Assembly (NCBI RefSeq): GCF_001194135.2
Contig: NC_068984.1
Span: 88,484,723-88,528,253 of the forward strand
Length of the DNA stretch: 43,531 nucleotides
Source: Octopus bimaculoides
Lineage: Eukaryota
Reading direction: 5' to 3'
Below, piece after piece: positions 12,806-43,531 of the stretch (position 1 is its first letter; each line of letters starts with the position of its first letter). The position numbers were made by a program, and so were the translations under genes. Under the pieces are notes generated by a model. The model saw only the letters and a list, made by a program, of their open reading frames with translations, did no database searches and was not told where the DNA came from.

Positions 12806-13155
12806 CTCTCCAGCTTTACATTAGAGTTGTATATTACAAGCTCACTATCCAGAAGAATGAGTCTGTGTGGAATAAAGAACAGAGAATTCCCAGTGATGTG
12901 AAGAACAGTTAAGAGGAAATGAATTAAGAAGGCTCTCCTTCCTGAATGACAGCAGTATGTAATGGTATTTTCTTCAGTTTAGTAATCAATGCTACCAGTT
13001 GAGTGGAAGACCATAAAATTAGCAACAGGGTTTTGTGGTTGCAAATATTTAGTCATTACCAGTAAACTTAGCATTGTTTAACATCCCGGAATCAATCTGC
13101 TGTATTTCCTTGTTGCACTGTAATAATAAGTTAAACTATTTTCTGTGCAGGACTA

Positions 13156-40945
<27,790 letters not shown>

Positions 40946-41679
40946 CTGTATCAAAAATATGGCAATAGACTTTTGGTCACTTTTGAACATGGATACTGGT
41001 AAGACATTGATATATTCTGTGTTTTATGAACATTTTCATATTATACATATTTATGCAACATAAATATGCACATTAGCATTTTGACATAGATACACACATC
41101 AATGTATGTAAACAGATTAATATATATCAATTTTGTAGCCACACACTAATCAACTTTTAAGTATATGTGAAAATGTGTGTATGTGTATGAAACTGACATA
41201 CATTAATAAAAGAGTTTGTTGGATCTCAAGTTTGGTTGTTGTGATGTATGAAAAAAGCTAATGTTACTGGCTAATGTCCTTCAACAAAGGACCATAACTA
41301 AAAACATCTTATCGCACTCCTCACAACAGTCAAAATCTCCTGGATTTACTATTACCATTTTTGCCAGTGCAGAACCTCAGCAGTTTCTTTGGATTCCAGA
41401 TTTCATTCTAACTGAATTCTCCTCTTATTCCACGATACCAATCTGCCTCAAACCCACCCCAAGTCTCAAGCTTTCAATAGGTGAAAACTACAGAATTTTA
41501 TGTACAACATTTGATGAAAAACATATATTTAATTTAACTCTATAATAATCTGGTTGTTCTCTTTTGGGGCCACTATACATCAATGAGATTTTAAAAGATT
41601 GATTGAAACACAATGATTTATTTCTCAATGAAAAACAGATGTGACAGAATTTATATATAATATCAGCATTTTTCCATGT

Positions 41680-42008
41680 GGCCACATGGGATGAGCCTTC
41701 TGCAACCTGAGGTTCTTCCAGATGCTAATCATTACTTGTTTTCAAGTAAGGTACTTTATGCTATGGATCTTCACATGCTGAACCACTAAGCTGCAAGATG
41801 TAAACATATACTATGGCTGACCTATGTAATAACAAGTAGAGACAAACAAACACACACACATTGTGCTCCCATACAGATTCCTTCATACAAATTTTGCTCA
41901 CAAGGCATTGGTGAGTCCCAGGCAATAGGAGAGATCACTTTCCCATGGTACCATGCAGCAGGATTGAACCTGAAAATACGTAGCTGTGAAATGATGTTCT
42001 TAACCACA
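41680..42008 (-). mobile_element. tRNA-derived SINE, diverged
   Basis: Reverse complement has the head (tggttaagaa...caggttcaatcctgc), gccttgtgagc and a TG microsatellite. Confidence 0.7.
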
Positions 42009-42400
42009 TTATTGATGGTTTCAGTAAAACAAATAGAAAATTTAACAGCTACAGCAAATATAAAACAATTTCTAGTATTATTAAACATAGCTGAAAGTCA
42101 AGCAGAAAATATTACTAAAAGGGACAAAACAAATTTATTTTTAATGAAAAAGATACAAGTTCATTAAGATATTTATAAGCTGAAAACAAAAATGTTTTTC
42201 ATTTCTACTGCATGAATTAAAGCTCCAAGACCTCTACGCAAGCAACAATTTATTTCTTTACAATATAAACAAAACAGTTTAATTGCCAAGGTGCTGACTT
42301 AGACACCTGCATTGTGCAAGGTTTAGTTCAATTAACTAACATGAATTGATACAGTCCAACAGTGCAAGCAGCAGAACTATTTGTAGCACTGAGTTTAAAC

Positions 42401-42718
42401 CATCATCATCATTATCATCAACATTTTCCATGCTGGCTGGAATTGGATGGCTTGACAGGAACTGACAAGGCAGGGGGTCACACCAGGTTCCATAGACTGT
42501 TTTGGCTTGGTTTCTACAGCATGATGCCCTTCCTAACATCAACCACTTTACAGAGTGCATTTTACATGACACAACCACCAGTGCTTTGTAAGTGGCACTA
42601 GCACCCACACCAATGCTTTTTACATGGTACAAGCACCTACACCAATGCTTTTTACATGGCACCTGCACCTTGGTTTTAGGATATCAGTTCAGTTGTGCTG
42701 GGCTGATCTTCTTGAGTA
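42401..42718 (-). mobile_element. RTE-type 3' UTR fragment with an internal ~32-bp tandem duplication (42601-42662)
   Basis: (CAT)n start, tttccatgctggc, ggtttctacagcatgatgcccttcctaac, and agcacc(c/t)acaccaatgctttttacatgg twice. Confidence 0.75.
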
Positions 42719-43294
42719 AACATTACTACAGATATAGCTGAAGTTAATAAATTTAAACAACTATTAATAAAAAGTATGTAATTTAGAAAATACCACTGAC
42801 TATAAATAATCAAGACAAAAAAATGAAATTAAAAATATAACTGTTCTACAAATACAATTTCATAAACCTTGTAAAGAAAGCAACACAAAGAAAGTAAAAC
42901 TATGAACTGTTTAATTAATATGCTAGAAATGCCACTGATTAACACAGCTACATTACAAAATTATGAAGACACTAACTCATTTAATGGAAACGTTGGTGGT
43001 TCCATTTCTCCTACTTATTTTATAATTTGGCCAGAGGTTGAATATCCAAGTACTTTCTTCACACCCACAAAAAAGGAGTTGAGATTAACATTGAGATTAA
43101 ACTTCATGTCACTCTTACAGAAGTAGAATCAGTTATAAGTAGTTGTTTATATTAGCTAGATGGATCAGGCCATTTGAGAGTTATATCTCAGGACAATGGA
43201 CACAATGCAGTGCCAGCAATATATGAACACTGACCTCTCGGTTGATTTCTATCATCTTTGTTGTCTTGTATGTACATATCCATCTAAAATGCAT

Positions 43295-43531
43295 ATCATC
43301 ATCATCGTTTAACGTCCGCTTTCCATGCTAGCATGGGTTGGACGATTTGACTGAGGACTGGTGAAACCGGATGGCAACACCAGGCTCCAATCTAATTTGG
43401 CAGAGTTTCTACAGCTGGATGCCCTTCCTAACGCCAACCACTCAGAGAGTGTAGTGGGTGCTTTTTTACGTGTCACTCGCACGAAAATGGCCACGCTCGA
43501 AATGGTGTCTTTTATGTGCCACCCGCACAAG
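43295..43531 (-). mobile_element. RTE-type 3' UTR fragment, young copy, cut by the window end
   Basis: (atc)n gtttaacgtccgctttccatgctagcatgggttggacg...ctacagctggatgcccttcctaacgccaacc. Confidence 0.85.

Noticed and set aside
41261-43126. Additional SMC1 exon upstream of w1 within the window
   Set aside because: I found no segment translating to the expected RPQYIKAKE-type sequence, so the next exon presumably lies beyond base 43531.

Overview
AT-rich, microsatellite- and transposon-rich eukaryotic genomic DNA. It is probably from a coleoid cephalopod such as an octopus, inferred from the SINE and MITE families and not verified. The one gene I can support is the cohesin ATPase SMC1 (SMC1A-like) on the minus strand. 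I traced its last 20 coding exons (w1-w20 in transcript order, 40945 down to the stop at 13156). All have GT-AG junctions with matching phases and total 2745 nt, or 914 aa plus stop. They include the hinge, the C-terminal coiled coil and the LSGGE, Walker B, D-loop and H-loop motifs. The N-terminal ~330 aa lie beyond the right edge of the window. The rest is degenerate mobile DNA: two Tc1/mariner transposase relics, a hAT relic, RTE-clade LINE relics, several tRNA-derived SINE families, TA/TTAA MITEs and Helentron-like pieces, plus microsatellites and two assembly gaps. I found no rRNA, functional tRNA, CRISPR array or intact transposase, and no clearly new multi-gene system. The best leads are a candidate 10-nt poison microexon (40670-40679), inverted repeat pairs bracketing SMC1 exon blocks (one block would form a stop-free 324-nt circle), an inverted duplication at the left end, and a CpG-depleted domain extending ~5.5 kb past the SMC1 stop. 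All alignments and counts were done by eye. Repeat boundaries are approximate.
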